Numbered from the stretch's first letter, positions 27,903-41,372 are shown. The stretch: 64,000 nucleotides of DNA from Nitrosopumilaceae archaeon (GCA_965207375.1 CBDBMG010000003.1:736001-800000); one strand, 5' to 3'. Numbers and translations: made by a program. Notes: a model not told the origin generated them from the sequence alone.

Positions 27903-28700
27903 CGCAATCGTCGTTTGATACCGCACGAGGTCCGGTGCATATTAAAAAGAATTAAAATGATATCATTATAGATTCGCCAAAGTTTTTTTGCCAATTTTTT
28001 ATATAAACAAATTCGCCAAACTTTTTTACCGCCAAAGTTTTTTACTATACGGTAGCTAACTCACTCTATAGATACGTAGCACAAAATTGATACCTGAGAG
28101 ACTAAGCATATGACTGTAAAATTAATGGCGGATTGTTAGCTTATTCACAGGAGAAGTTATGGTTCACTGAATGTGCGTAATTGGATGTGCAGATAAGACC
28201 TGTTTTTGCAGACTCAGTCAAATAGCTTTAATGTAGTTCACTTGCCTTTGACACCTCTGGGATTAGTGGGTCTTTTTTCCACCACCATCAGTTGATTGTG
28301 GTGGGGTTGGTAGTTGTACGAGGGCTCTGTCCACCTGAGGAAACCTAACCAAGTCTAAGGCTGGGACTGAATTCGGAAGGTATATATATACATAAACATA
28401 TATACACATTTTAAATCAGGCAGATACCTAGAGGGTAGCTAGCTAGTTTATTGGATGGCTGAGGGTTATCCTCTGTTTAAACACTGCTTGGGTGTATCAG
28501 GCCAATGAAAGGCACATTAAGTGGCTTTCCACCCAAGCATAGACCATAACCGCCTGCTGATAGGCACAATAGCTACAGTTTGTACATGCACATACGTATC
28601 ACGATAAGCAATAGCTATGTACATATATAATATATATACGTATACATACGACTACGCTAAAGAAACTGGGATAAGAAGGTTATATGATGATACAAGACAG

Positions 28701-29260
28701 TTAAGAGGTAGTTAGTAGCGGCAGTGTTGGCTTTTTGCTGATGCTAGAGCTTTTGATAAATCTCCAAGGTCCTGAGGTGTTAACAGTGTGGATGTGATGG
28801 GCTGGTGACATGAACTCACTGATACTAAGGAGGTTGAAGTAAGTAGTGCAGGCTGCCCAGATCCTCTCGATGTAGTAGTCCCTGGTGTGCTTTGACAAAG
28901 CTGTGTGCAGGCATTCCCTAATTGGAAAAGTGATGGGCTGGCGCTCATAGGGTTGTCTGGTGGTAGCTTGCAACTTACGGATCCCTTTTTTGAAAGCTGG
29001 TTCATTCGAGGAGTTGTCTGGATACTGGAGTATTCGCCTGCAGCAACACGCGAGTAGCAGACTGTGGACATGCAGGTACACTTGCATGGTTGAGTGGGAG
29101 AGTCCTTGCTGGACAAATGTGTGGCAAATAACAGCCATGTTTCTTCAGACGCTGGACGTGCCTGTTGTTAAGTCTGAGAGCAGAATGTGGTGTATTTCTG
29201 TAGGCTTGTGGTATTAAGCTCTTCTTGTGGCAGCTGATATTCCAAGATTGGGCTGCTGCA
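28701..29260 (-). pseudogene. Tyrosine recombinase N-terminal remnant of the DIRS element
   Basis: GISAATRRA...QQGLSHSTMQVYL...KGIRKLQ...RQPIT...IWAACT.YF.LL.ISEF; truncated and frameshifted. Confidence 0.7.
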
Positions 29261-29399
29261 GTCAGATGGAGTAAGGTGGTTGCTCTGCCAGAGACAAACC
29301 GCCACGACTGCTGTAAGTATTAATATAATAATAGTAATGATAGTATGAGCATCAACTAATTATGTTTGTGTGGTGGTATTGTACAACAGGTTAGTAAAA

Positions 29400-30988
29400 T
29401 TATTTAACGGATAATAAAGTTTCTTGGAATAAGTGGTGAAATTGGAGGGAAGTCCAATCCAGCTGTTTGGGAGAGACGAGTTTAACTGCTGATGGAGGTA
29501 TGCTGGTTGATTGTTGAGATAGTGTTGGGGTGGATATAAAGGCTTGGGTTAGGTTTCCACGTGAAAGGTGATCCGCAGTGACATTGAGTGCACCTGGTAG
29601 GTGAGTAGCTGTAACCTGAATGTTGAAATGTGCCACAAAGAACCATAAGCACCGAAGGAGGTGCATCACTAATTTGTCCTTGGATGAGCCCTTGTTGATG
29701 GCCACGACGAGGCTTGCATTATCACATTGAAAATTGATATGGCGCTGAGATAGTTGCACTCCCCAAACGATACAAGTGAATAGAATGGGTATCAGCTCTT
29801 TTGCCATGATTCTAATATCGGACCACTCCCGTGGCCATTGCCATTGCAGCCACTGGGAACCCAACACTGCTGCGCAGCCCCATGTCCCTGATGCATCTGT
29901 GTTGGCTAAGAAATCTGGGTTGGCAGGGATTGTAAGAAGGTGTGCCACCAAAGTAGGTCCGAGCGGAAGGCAACATTCAGCCTTGTGATAAAGTGCATCT
30001 TACGAAGTTTGGCTGCTGTTGGATACATTCGTGCCACAAAGGCTCTGCCTGGTCTGATGACCTTAGTGGCGTGCTGGAGGGTACCCACTAGCGACAAGAT
30101 CTCCCTCTTTGAGGCTTTTTTCCTTGGTATCCAGGTCTGGAGCAGTGCTTTCATTCTGATGAGCTTATCTGATGGCAGTCGGATTTCCATACGGTCAGTG
30201 TCTAGTATGATTCCTAAAAATGACAGTGATGTTGAAGGCCCCTCCAGTTTTTCAGATGCTAATGGGACTCCCAAGTCTGCACATAGGGATATAAAGATGT
30301 CTAGATTCCTTTGGCAAATGGCCGATGCTGGTGGTCCCATTGTCAAGTAGTCATCCAAGTAATGAATGAGATAAGACACTCCGGCATTCTGGGCAATCCA
30401 TGAGAGGAGATCGGCGAGGATGTTAAATAACTTGTGTGCTGATCGAAGACCGAATGGGATACAATGATCAATGTAGATGTTATTCTTCCAATTCATTCCT
30501 AGGAGGTGTCGGTCTGCTGGGTGCACTGGCAGTAACCGGAATGCACTTTTGATGTCAATCTTCACCAATATTGTTCCTCTTCCGGATTGCAGAATGCTTA
30601 GTATAGCGTGGTCTATGGTGACGTAAGAAAGGCTGCACAAAGCCGGTGAGATTCCATTATTAACGCTGCCGCCTGGTGGATATGACAGGTCAGTGATGAG
30701 GCGCCATTTGTCTGGCTGATGATTCTTTGGTATAACGCCAAATCTATTGATGTGAACATCTCCGCATCTTGAGCTTGGGTATGGACCTGACATCTGTCTT
30801 AATGCTAGTTCATGAAGTATATAGTCTTCTACCACTTTGGGTTGGGCAACTGTACTTTGAAGATTCTTCTTGATTGACTGTAGCTTGCTGCCACTGAATC
30901 CTATTCTGAAGCCGGTGAAGAGACTCTGTAGGAAGAACTGGACCAGGCCTTGATATGGGTAACTACGTAGGTGATGATCCCAAGCCAC
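29400..30988 (-). pseudogene. DIRS-type reverse transcriptase-RNase H (one frameshift near 29930)
   Basis: KWRLITDLS, KIDIKSAF, PFGLRSA and HYLDDYL for RT, then TDASGTWG, IMAKELIPI, QCDN and ADHLSR for RNase H. Confidence 0.92.
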
Positions 30989-31349
30989 CTTAATCAGTGG
31001 GCTCTCTATGCGAGTGGCCTCTGGAGGAATCTTTGTGGGGGCTGATACCAGGGGAAGGTGGTCCAGCCACTCTGGTAGCCATTGTTGATACGGCGTACAT
31101 GCTGTGTTCTGGGTCGATTCAAGTACACTCTGAAATATTTTATAATTTTAATAACGATATGAACTAGTACCAGATGATTCATATACCTTGTACATATCAA
31201 TATGTATTATAAGGTCACAAATCATATAAATTTTTTTACAGATAAATATACTTAACAAGTACTACAGCAAAAGGTAATATACTTAACAAGTACTACAGCC
31301 AAAGTCAAGGTACGTAAAGAGGTGGTGGGGGAGGGAGGTTGGCTCTGAC

Positions 31350-32827
31350 TCATGGGAACAATGGCGGTGGTCTTTGAGCGTTTATTGGCTGATGGTTCTG
31401 GGCTGGGTGGTTGGGACAGACGATGGCCTTGTGATTGATGTCCCTTGCTGCAGGGTTGACAGCGCAAATGGAGCATACATGCTCAAAGCGGCAGTTTGGG
31501 TACGAACAGGATTGGGAGGATTCTTGATTCCATTGCTGACAAATCAGTCTGCGACGAACAGGCCTAACACGAGACGCTCCTGTAAACTGCGGCTCTATTG
31601 GGGGTGAGGTAGGGTTGGGATCAAATTCACAATCCTGTGAGAGGTGGAACAGGCTAAAACAGTGTCTGCAACGGCTTGTCTTGGCTTGGCTGGTAAAGGC
31701 CAGAGTCCAGAGAGTGGAATCGATGTTGGACCATTTGCATTGGGGGTGGGCTGCGACTTGTTGCCGGAAGCGCCTGTCATATGCTAACCAGCTGTTGTTC
31801 CTATACTCGGGGCTGGCCTCAATTATCAGTATCTGATAGCCCATCAGGTCGGGGACACGATAGGGTTGTGTTTTTGCAATAACGGACACGTATACTGCGA
31901 AGGCTTGCAGCCATTCGCTAATATTAGCAACGGAACGATGCTTGATTTTTGATCTTGTGGTGTCTTCAAAACCCAGGCGGGTAGGTATAAGGTCTGCCAA
32001 CTCCACAAAGGCGCCTGACTTGATTCGTTCTACAAGGTACAGTGGAATAGGAGGGATTGCCGCCCCAGCTAGGACTTCTGGTGTCTGGCTTGATCTCACA
32101 GATGATTGGTGATTAGTAAGAGGGGGTGTCTCTGGTGAGAATACAGCGACATATCTAAGGTCTGGATAGAACGGGTTGAGATAATTTTTGCTATAATTCA
32201 TATTGAATTGGATAGCTAACAAGCACGTGCGTAACTAAGAGCAAACGCGTATGTAACTAAGAGACAATCATACACAAGGACTTGTATATGTACTTACAGA
32301 CACATTCAAGAGGTAATAATACAGGTGCAGATATACACTTACCAAGACCAGAGGGGCCCTGCGGTGGGTCTGGAGACGTATCCTGTACAGAAAGGTTGCT
32401 CATCACTGCTTCTATAATCCTTGGGATGTCGGCCTGGGTCAGTAGGTTCTGGTCCTCCTGGTTCGTATCCAATTCGGACTCACTGGTGTCAGGCTGCTGA
32501 GATTCATGGACGTCTGGCACATTCTGGGCGGAAATACGCGTGCGTTATCGTCCGGGGGCTTGGTTATTTGTAGATGGTTCACGTGCCCGTTTCCTAGTAG
32601 AACGATTGGCGACACCTCCCCGAGTGCTAACACCTTGGCTGGTGCTACTAATGGTAGTTTCTTTGTCTTTGAGTAGAACGACTATTGGCGGCAGGTAGTG
32701 CCGGCGTGCCGCGGAGGGTGGTGGCACGCGTGACGACGGTCCGGTCTTGATCCTTGCCTCGACCACTATTCTCCGAAGAACGAACTCTTGAAACACGCTC
32801 CTGCACAGCTTTCTTCCGTCGTGGCAT
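31350..32827 (-). pseudogene. DIRS gag-like gene with a 181-nt intron (32162-32342)
   Basis: Exon 2 encodes ERIKSGAFVELADL...WLQAFAVY...WLAYDRRFRQ...C..WN...CRFEHVCSIC. Exon 1 starts MPRRKK and contains stops. Confidence 0.8.
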
Positions 32828-33229
32828 ATCGTTCAGCTCTCGGATTGAGATGTACTACGCAGATTAAGCGACAGTCACAAGGTATATATGTTGTTGTTCA
32901 CACCTGGAACACGAGTTGACTATTTGCGCATGCTCCAACTCTAATTAATACCCCGACTCCAATTGATGCACATCATATTGGCTACTCACGTACCTAACCG
33001 CCTTGTTAAGCTTCTACATTAACTTGGTTTAAATGTGTGCCCATGTAAACCTCATTTCAAGATAATTAATCACCTCATACTTTCATTATACCTAACAGCC
33101 CTTTTGTGACGAAATGCTAACCGTAATGTTTGTTTTTCTTAGCACTCGGTTGTATAATTATTGTTGCTGTTGCTATTTGTTATATTGAAACATTTGGTCA
33201 TAGATATTCCTTCTTAGCTATATAAGTAT

Positions 33230-33331
33230 AGGTTAAAGCATTGCCGTGAGTGCTATATATGAAATAAAGCACGAGGTGCACAGCCGAGTGCTTTATTTCA
33301 CGTATAGCAAGAGCAAGGCAATGCTTTAACT
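33230..33331 (+). repeat. CGAG-punctuated palindrome (Crypton-like, inferred)
   Basis: GTTAAAGCATTGCC...GAAATAAAGCA-CGAG-(loop)-CGAG-TGCTTTATTTC...GGCAATGCTTTAAC. Confidence 0.75.
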
Positions 33332-33618
33332 GTTTTAGAGAATTTTCCAGAGAAATGCTTCGATATAAATGTGTTCGCTGGTTCATTGTAGCTTGAAGTG
33401 TAATTCATACACATACGCGTGAGTTATTATTACGCGTGAGCTTATACGTATCAATATAGCTACAGATCGGTGCTTTTTAATAGCGAGACTTGCTAGCTAC
33501 GTACTAGATCGTGTTCTCTCTCGTTATAAAACTAGATAGCTAAGTGGTTTGTTTGTGCAAGACACCTCGAAATGAAATAGAAAATTAAAACCAAGCTGCA
33601 TCGAGTTGTTTACAGTCT

Positions 33619-34400
33619 GGGTGTCTGGATTCAGTGGAATGGAATGGTAGACTGGAATGGTGGAATGGAATGGTGGACTGGAATGGACTAATTGGAATCA
33701 GTAATCGCTGTCATTTGTTCGCAGTGACCACACAGCAGTTCGTTTATACCTCAGTTGGGCGGTAGCGCCCTATATAATATTATTATTATCTCTGATTTTA
33801 ATGTACTAACATTTAATTAATGCGGGCATTAATTTAGCTGGAATGGTTTCAATAGTAAATCTGAATCGATACCAGTGTACCGCGTGGTCAGATCGCTCGG
33901 CTTTGTCGGTTTAATACGGTGCGAGCTAATGCAATAGGTAATGTCCTGCCACTATTCAATTTTCTCATTCTAATTAATGCGCACATCTAGACCTTGTGGC
34001 TAAGGTGTTAAGTAGTTTGTTGTTATTCAGTCATGTCTGAGAATAAAGAAGAGGCAACTGGAACAATTGAAAGTCCCATTATTGTAGATGAATGCGATGA
34101 CGTGGAATCTTTGGTGGAAGTTGAGCGGTCAGGAAATCAGTTTAGGTCTCCAGTTAAAGTTGTGCCAGGGAATCAGTTTAGGTATGTGTGCAAAGTGTTT
34201 ATATGTTAATATGAGTACTTTAGGTTTTACACTTAAGCATAATGGGTGTTTTCCACCATTCAGTCCACCATTCCATTCCATTCCACCATTCCAGTCCACC
34301 ATTCCATTCCGCCACTCCAGTCCACCATTCCGCTGTTCCAGTCCACCATTCTATTCCACCGTTCCAGTCCACCATTCCATTCCAGTGAATCCAGACCCCC
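33619..34400 (+). mobile_element. Non-autonomous MULE-like element with GGAAT subterminal repeats, 9-bp TSD TTACAGTCT
   Basis: TIRs GGGTGTCTGGATTCAGTGGAATGGAATGG and CCATTCCATTCCAGTGAATCCAGACCCCC. It retains exon 34033-34181 (MSENKEEATGTIESPIIVDECDD...SPVKVV). Confidence 0.85.
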
Positions 34401-34408
34401 TTACAGTC

Positions 34409-37400
34409 GGGTTGGTATAAACAATGGATCCGGGGAGCTGGACCCGTGGGGACCTGAGACCCGTGGGGACCGACCCTCCTGTTTTCTTGGAATGTGATAG
34501 AGCTTGCAACTGAACCACGATACAGCTATAAATTATCCAAAGCAATCTAGTACACATGATTCGCGGCGAGTCCTTTTATGGTCATTTCACGTGATACCGG
34601 TAACAGCATGGTGGCGAAGACATGTCTGTAAGTGTCAAGTGAGATGTCGAGATACGTGTGTTATACGTTAAATGGTTTTTAGGAGATCATTGTTATAGAA
34701 AGTAGCAGAGAAGATGAAAGTGATGGCCTAACATCTGGAAATGCCAATACAGACGACAGCTTTCGCGGAAGTGAAAATAGTATGCCGGAGAGTTCATCTA
34801 TGAGTACCCCTGAGAGTTCACCTGTGAAGAAACAAATAAAGTAAGAGCATACTGCCGATATTGTGTAGACCTTTCGTGACCCATTATACTATCGCTCACG
34901 TCTGCCATATAACTCAGTATGATTTGAATCCCGTCGAACAAGGAGCTTCCTATATTTACAAAGTGCTACGAATTCTAGTACACAGGTAAGGAAAGTGTAA
35001 CAGGTCAGGAAAGGGGTATATATCTATTATCTATGGTGGGAGTTACACCATAGACACGTGACAAAGCTGGCCTGAATAGTTTTACTTTCCTTCTATAGGC
35101 TTGATGACAGTGTTGATAAGCCCCATTGTTTTTTGGTAATGAAGAATTACCTATATGGCGCACAGGCACAAAAAGCTTGTCATCAAGTGAAATTATTCGC
35201 TATTTACTTTTTGAAAGAGATCACATTGAACCATGGATTTGTCAGAAACAACCACTTTCTATTAATCGGAATGCAACATTTATTGTTGATCTAACTAAGC
35301 TGCCCTCCAGGAATGATGTATTTGCTGATGATATGGGAGTTTGGAAGCATACTGGCTCTCCTTCTCAGTACTTTCAAGTAAAGATCACCGAGTCTGGTGA
35401 CTTGTGTGAATTAGTTTCCCTTGGAAAGAAACGTCCTTCAGAAATGTCTCGTGGTGTTTATCGTATCAAAAAGAACTATAGCTGTCATCATGCTGCATCA
35501 GATCTATCTCGTACCGTGATTTTTATTGAAGGTATGTATATTAGAGCGGCACATACAATTAAATGATTATTTTCATTGCAGATCATGCTGGAAGCATCAA
35601 AGATCTGTGTGTCATCCAGTACACATTTAAGTTCGGTGAACATGATGTCAAAGTGCAACCTCATGGTAATGTACGTCGTCACTCAGATTCATACATTAGA
35701 ACATTACCTAGTACTCTGCAGAAAATCAAGGATAAACAAATGTGCAGTGGCAATTCAGCACCTAAAACTGTTGTGGCAGAAATCACAAAAGAAGAAGGTG
35801 GCATTGTAGAGTGTCGTTCAACCAGTTGTTTGCCACGGAACCGACGCCAAGTTTCGAATGCACGATATTCTAGCTCTTCAAGACCTAACCATGATCTCTT
35901 GTATGCTGTTATGGAGATGTGTATGAAGTCCAAGTGTGAAGGTGAAAGGTTTGTTCGGTGTGTCCAAGCTGCGCCAGAGCCTTCGTGTGTTCTGGCATTG
36001 GAGCAGCAGCTACTTGACATAGAGCGCTTCTGTACCTGTGAAGATGAGTTCACTGTGTTGGGATTCGATCCTACTTTTAATTGTGGCAAGTTTATGGTGA
36101 CGGTAACTGCCTACAAAAATCTTATGCTGAAAAAGCTCGATGGTACTGTGCCTACATTTATAGGGCCAATGTTAGTACATCAAAGGAAACTTAAAGAATC
36201 ATACCATTACTTGATTTCTTCCATTGTTGGAGCACACCCACCCCTTTCTCGCATACTTGCAGTAGGTACAGATGGTGAAAGCAATCTTTCTGCAGCCATT
36301 CTCAATAATCTACCGTTTGCACAGCACGTACGTTGCGCTCTTCACATGACACGTGATATTCAAGAGAAGATGAAAGAAATAGGAGTGCCAAAGCAATATC
36401 AGAGCTTGTTTCATGAAGATATTATGGGATCATTTTATTCTCCTCATGCAACAGGCTTGGTAGATGCCAAAAGCAATGAAGAATTTGATGAAATGCTATC
36501 ATATTTACAGCCTATTTGGCAGAAATGGGAAGCCGAGTTCTCCTCAAGAAGTCCACTGATGTATCCATGGTTTGTCAAGTATTATGCAGAAGATATGCGT
36601 AGCTTCATGATTGTCCCTGTCCGTGAAAGGGTAGGACTTGGACATCCACCAGCACATTTTACAACTAATGCTAATGAGAGTATAAATAATGTTGTAAAGC
36701 GAGCTTTGCATTATGAAGAGAAAAACTGGGACAAATTTTGTGACGAAATGTTCAAGTTGGTGAAAATTCAATATCAAGAACTAGAAAAGGCTGTTGTTCG
36801 TACTGGTGAGTATCGTTTCCAAGCCAACTTTGCCCATTTAGAGAAAGCTTTATCCATGTGGACCAACATGTCTGTTGAGCAAAGAAAAAGACATATTAAG
36901 AAAGTGATGTGTGCCAAAATAAATGATGCAGCTTCAAATGATAGTGATGATGATACAACCATGGTAAGTAGCTCAAGGTGCAAGGTCACATCTCTACTGC
37001 CACCATCAAATGTTTCTTCTGAAATCTGGGAGCGTGTGGTCTCAAAAGCACAGGCAATTGCATCAGATCCTACATCTATGTCACCGGTACCAGATGCTAA
37101 TGGGAAAAGTAGGTTTGTTGTGTCATTTAGAAATCCTGATTCTCCTCTGAAAGTCCAAGCTGGTAAATCCCCTGGGCAGTACACTTGTGATAAAAAGAAG
37201 TGTCCTGCATTCGCTGGTTACAGAATTTGCAGTCATGTGTTGGCGGTAGCCATGCAGAATAATGAATGCGAAGAACTGCTTAAAAGCAGTCACTCCAATA
37301 ATAGTCTTGGTTTACATGATGTAGCCATGATAGGAATGCCAAAAAATGCAGGCAAAAAACCAGGTTGTACTAAGAAATGAAGCAAGAAGAAACATGTTCA

Positions 37401-38403
37401 GGATGAAAATCTTGTACCAGCTGGAGCCTATAAGAATCCTGCTAGTGGTAACACAGGGTCTTCATTGAATACATCTACTACACACAGTGATATTTCAATA
37501 CCAGACATTAATGCTGCTAATATCACAAACTGTGTACACTAGCCAACAAGGGCATCGTCAATTACTACATCTTCTTTACTTCCGGCTGTCGGTATACCTC
37601 ATAAAACAGGTGCCAGTTCAGTACCACTACCATTGATTCCAGTTACCCATGGAGTGACAGCACAAGTACTTCCTATGAGCCATATACAAATTAACCAACA
37701 GCCAGCACATTGTTCTCATACATCAATGACAGTTACACATTTTGTTCATTATCAACGCCACCGATTAATGATGCCATTAATTACTTACCTCAGGGGTTAA
37801 CAAAATCTCCACGACCGCAGTCTAATCCATTTTTTGTGAAGTTCTTGTCAAAACAAATTTGAATATGCCAAGGTTGTCGTTCTGGATATCAACGTGGTCT
37901 AAATGGAGATCCACTGCCACCTCCATATGACATTATTATTGGACACTTTGAGAGGCAACAATATAGTGATCAGGTGACAGGTCTAACTCGGTTATCTAGG
38001 GAAACGTGTGCTCATTACCATGCATTTCCACAGTGCATTCGTGCTAAATTTCCAGAGTTTCAGCCAACCGAGCTATCTATCCCAGACGAAGTGTTTATGA
38101 AGTTGAATGCCACTCATAAATCATTTCTAAACAGTACATTTGGAACTCGTCTTTAGCCTACTTATTTGACTATGAACTTTTGGAACTGAACTGCTATGGG
38201 CTTTGGTGATTTTTGATTTTTAGCTACAGTTATATCAATCATTGTAATCATTGTGCATGGATTATTAATCATTGGTAATACAAATGATTACAAATGTTAT
38301 ATGAAGCATACAAGTACCAGCAAAATTCGAAGAAAAGTTGGGTCCCGTGGGTCCTCTTGGGTCCCGGGTCCTTGATCCCTGGATCCACTGTTTATACATA
38401 CCC
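34409..38403 (+). mobile_element. Full-length Mutator/MULE transposon, 9-bp TSD CTTACAGTC
   Basis: TIRs GGGTTGGTATAAACAATGGATCC and GGATCCACTGTTTATACATACCC, with GGACCC subterminal repeats; TSD at 34400-34408 and 38404-38412. Confidence 0.92.
34622..38156 (+). pseudogene. Multi-exon MULE transposase with SWIM finger and C-terminal Cys/His domain; nonsense codons in the 3' part
   Basis: GFDPTF, GTDGE, RCALH and TTNANESINN form the MULE DDE core; CDKKKC...ICSH is the SWIM finger; the tail reads CQGC...HYH...C. Stops occur at 37378, about 37540 and about 37860, and short GT-AG introns lie upstream of 35582. Confidence 0.88.
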
Positions 38404-38638
38404 CTTACAGTCTGGCATGTTGGTATGTGTTGTTTACAAAGGTATGAACACTCCATGCATAACTGTACTTTATTAAGCTTTGAATTTCATAAAGCACTGT
38501 TGTCACTCAATAAAGCACCCTTCACACCTTAACAGTGCTTTATGGAAAATAAAGTACACTTTTGCCCTTTGATCCGCCCACGCAAAATTCTATAAATATA
38601 TATATACATATACACATACATACATACATACATATACA

Positions 38639-38938
38639 TAAAAATTAAAAAGTAAGTAGGGATCGATCTTTCACTGCTACAAAAACTAAGGAAACAAGGA
38701 ATAAGATTTTGGCACAAGAGAACACTAAAGATTCTGGCATGAGATAATTGATAAAAGTTAATCACTACTTTTGGCTAGATCATGGACTACTGAAATCATG
38801 AGCCAAATGTAGGGATTAATTTTTATCAATTATCTCATGCATCTTTAGTGTTCTCTTGTGCCAAAATCTTATTCCTTGTTTCCTTACTTTTTGTACGTAG
38901 CAGTAAAAGATCAATCCCTACTTACTTTTTAAATTTTT
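38639..38938. repeat. ~300-bp palindromic element (AAAAAGTAAGTAGGGATC family); relative at about 44545-45005
   Basis: The arms are reverse complements with a short central loop. Confidence 0.85.
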
Positions 38939-41372
38939 ATTTATTCTAGTTTGTTTGCTTTTTATAGCATACTTGCATAAGTATTTTAGTTGACATAATA
39001 TAATTTAAATCAACCTGTCCTTGCTTTCCAGGCACCAACTTAATTATGTTTTACAGGCGCTTGTTAACAAGAGTGTTAACATGGTAAAGCAGCTGTTTAT
39101 AGTGAATTACATTCAAAAAACATCGAAATCTATTTGTCTAAGTTATCATTATAAAGTAATACTACAATTGAAGTGGTGCTGATGTTATGTACATGTTTTG
39201 TGAAATGGCGTGACAACCATGCATGTAAGTGTATGCACACATGTAGTATACTTAAGTATTGTAGCTGGGATTTTAGCCAATAGAAGCTGCTTCTAAGCAG
39301 TTGTACACTGATATTCCCTCTACCACGTAGTGATTTATAAACTTGTCTGTATAATAAAACAGCCAGTGCGCATTATTGTTCCTGTTTATACTTGGTATGG
39401 AATGTTGTGGTCACGCTGAAATTGTTTACGCATTCCAATGGATAGAGAAGAAAGTAGGATAAAAGAATCACCATGGCGCAGTAGGTAAATTGTCATCAGA
39501 ACAACAGTTTCGTAAATGCGACGAGATTACCTTTGCTGTGTTGAATTTCTGGAGCTGTACACCTAGCACAACCGGGTCTTACATAAGGCTGGCTGGCTGA
39601 CAAAATCCAGGCAATTTTCGAGATTTTTAAAATTCAGTAGCTATAGATTGAAATAATCGACTTTTGCTTTGTTTTACAAATGTACAGCATTATTACAGCA
39701 TTACCAATGCATTTAAGTAGGTTTTTTACAGCTAAAGCCTAGGCTTTTAGTGGTGCAAAAAAGCCGAATTCCATACATTCTTTATCGATCCTAAGTACTA
39801 CCATACTTAATGACAGGAAAATTCATTATTATTTAACCAACTTGAAAACCAGTTTTCATGGATTTTCATGTCTAACTATGTATATCTACATAAAAATTAT
39901 TCACAAACTATCAAAACCAAGGTTTTGATGGGTTTTGAGATGCTTTGTTTGTAAATAAGTGTGTGTCACTATGGCTCACTTATTTACAGGCAAAATTACT
40001 CAAACCATCATAACCAGCCAAACCATCAATGAAAATCAGCCATAATGACACACACTTACATAGCTATTTACAGACAAAACTATGTACTTAAGGTGGCTCA
40101 GAATAGTTCATGTATGGCTTCATTATGAAAACTTAAAACCCTTGTATCACTCAGCCACTTTCAATAACCATCTTAAATAAGCAGTTTTTACATTCTACCA
40201 TCTCAAACAAAATTATTTGAGAGTTATACTTTTTGCTTCTTTTACAAATACCAAATGTATTGCTGCTGCTAACTAGCATCCTGTATTTTCTGTCGAATGA
40301 CATTTACCTTATCCTCTACAATTAAGCGGTCTTAATTTTTCTCTCAGCTTTCTTTTTCAAGGGGACAGCTTCTCCAAGTTTCACAGATGCTTTCTAAAAG
40401 TCCGCATTAATAAACAAAACAAGCTATTAAAAATCTGCAAGCGCAGGATTGTAGCCCAGGTTATTGCATCAAAATTTGAAGGCCAAGGGCTAAAATATCA
40501 CTCAGTTATTCAAAAAGGTTTGCCTAGGTGTAAAGATCTACCTGCATGCTCCTTATATTAACTAGTCTGCCATGCCCATTAAATAGTTTACTATGCTCCT
40601 TAAGTAAACTAGTTTACCACAGGTATTACCTGCACAACTATAGATTAGCGAGAATACACTAAACCTTACAAGAAGCCATACATGAATTGTTTGGAGCCAC
40701 CCTAAAACTACTAAAACTGTCAAAACCCCAAAACCAGCCATATATAGCTAGTGACTAACACTATTCAAAAACGTAACAATATTAGCAAGTAGGGGGATGT
40801 CACGATATATGAATTTTTATGTCATAGCTAGCTATGTCATGGAGAATTATGTCACAACATAAATTATAATTGGTTTCACAACACTTTTTATGCATATAAT
40901 CAGTGCAATTAACATTAATGTTAAAAAAAATTTCAAATATATTTACCATTTTAGCCTCGACTACAATATACCACACCTTATCTTATTTGGTATGTCTGCT
41001 GGGATGTACGTATAAATAACTTGTTACGTGATACGCGTGTTTATTTGTGGAATTCATTTTAGGCCCAAAGTTTTACTAAGTTTTTAGGTCATTTTCTTCG
41101 ATGCCCTATTGTAATAGCATCAAGGAAACTGAAATCTTATCCGATACTGAGTCGGGGATCGTCTAATGAAACAATTCACTACAGTCATCACTGCTATGAG
41201 AAGCGCTCGCAAAGTACGTAAGCCTATGCAAAGTGTAATATAAATGTTATAACACAGCCTCGCTCGAGATTTGCCTGATATATATGCACTCGCCCTGCAC
41301 CTCGAACATTGTGCTAATATATCAGATAAACCCTCGCGACTGTGTTACATACATACATACATATATATTTAG

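Larger units (their letters stand above)
25139..28052 (+). mobile_element. Full-length pogo-like DNA transposon with two convergent genes
   Basis: Perfect TIR of about 44 bp, CCGTATAGTAAAAAACTTTGGCGGTAAAAAAGTTTGGCGAATTT, with TA on both sides; inserted into a GTGAC-family MITE. Confidence 0.93.
28250..32900 (-). mobile_element. DIRS/Ngaro-type tyrosine-recombinase retrotransposon (decayed); outer ends approximate
   Basis: Gene order is gag - RT - RNase H - recombinase N-terminal remnant, all on the minus strand. Confidence 0.88.
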
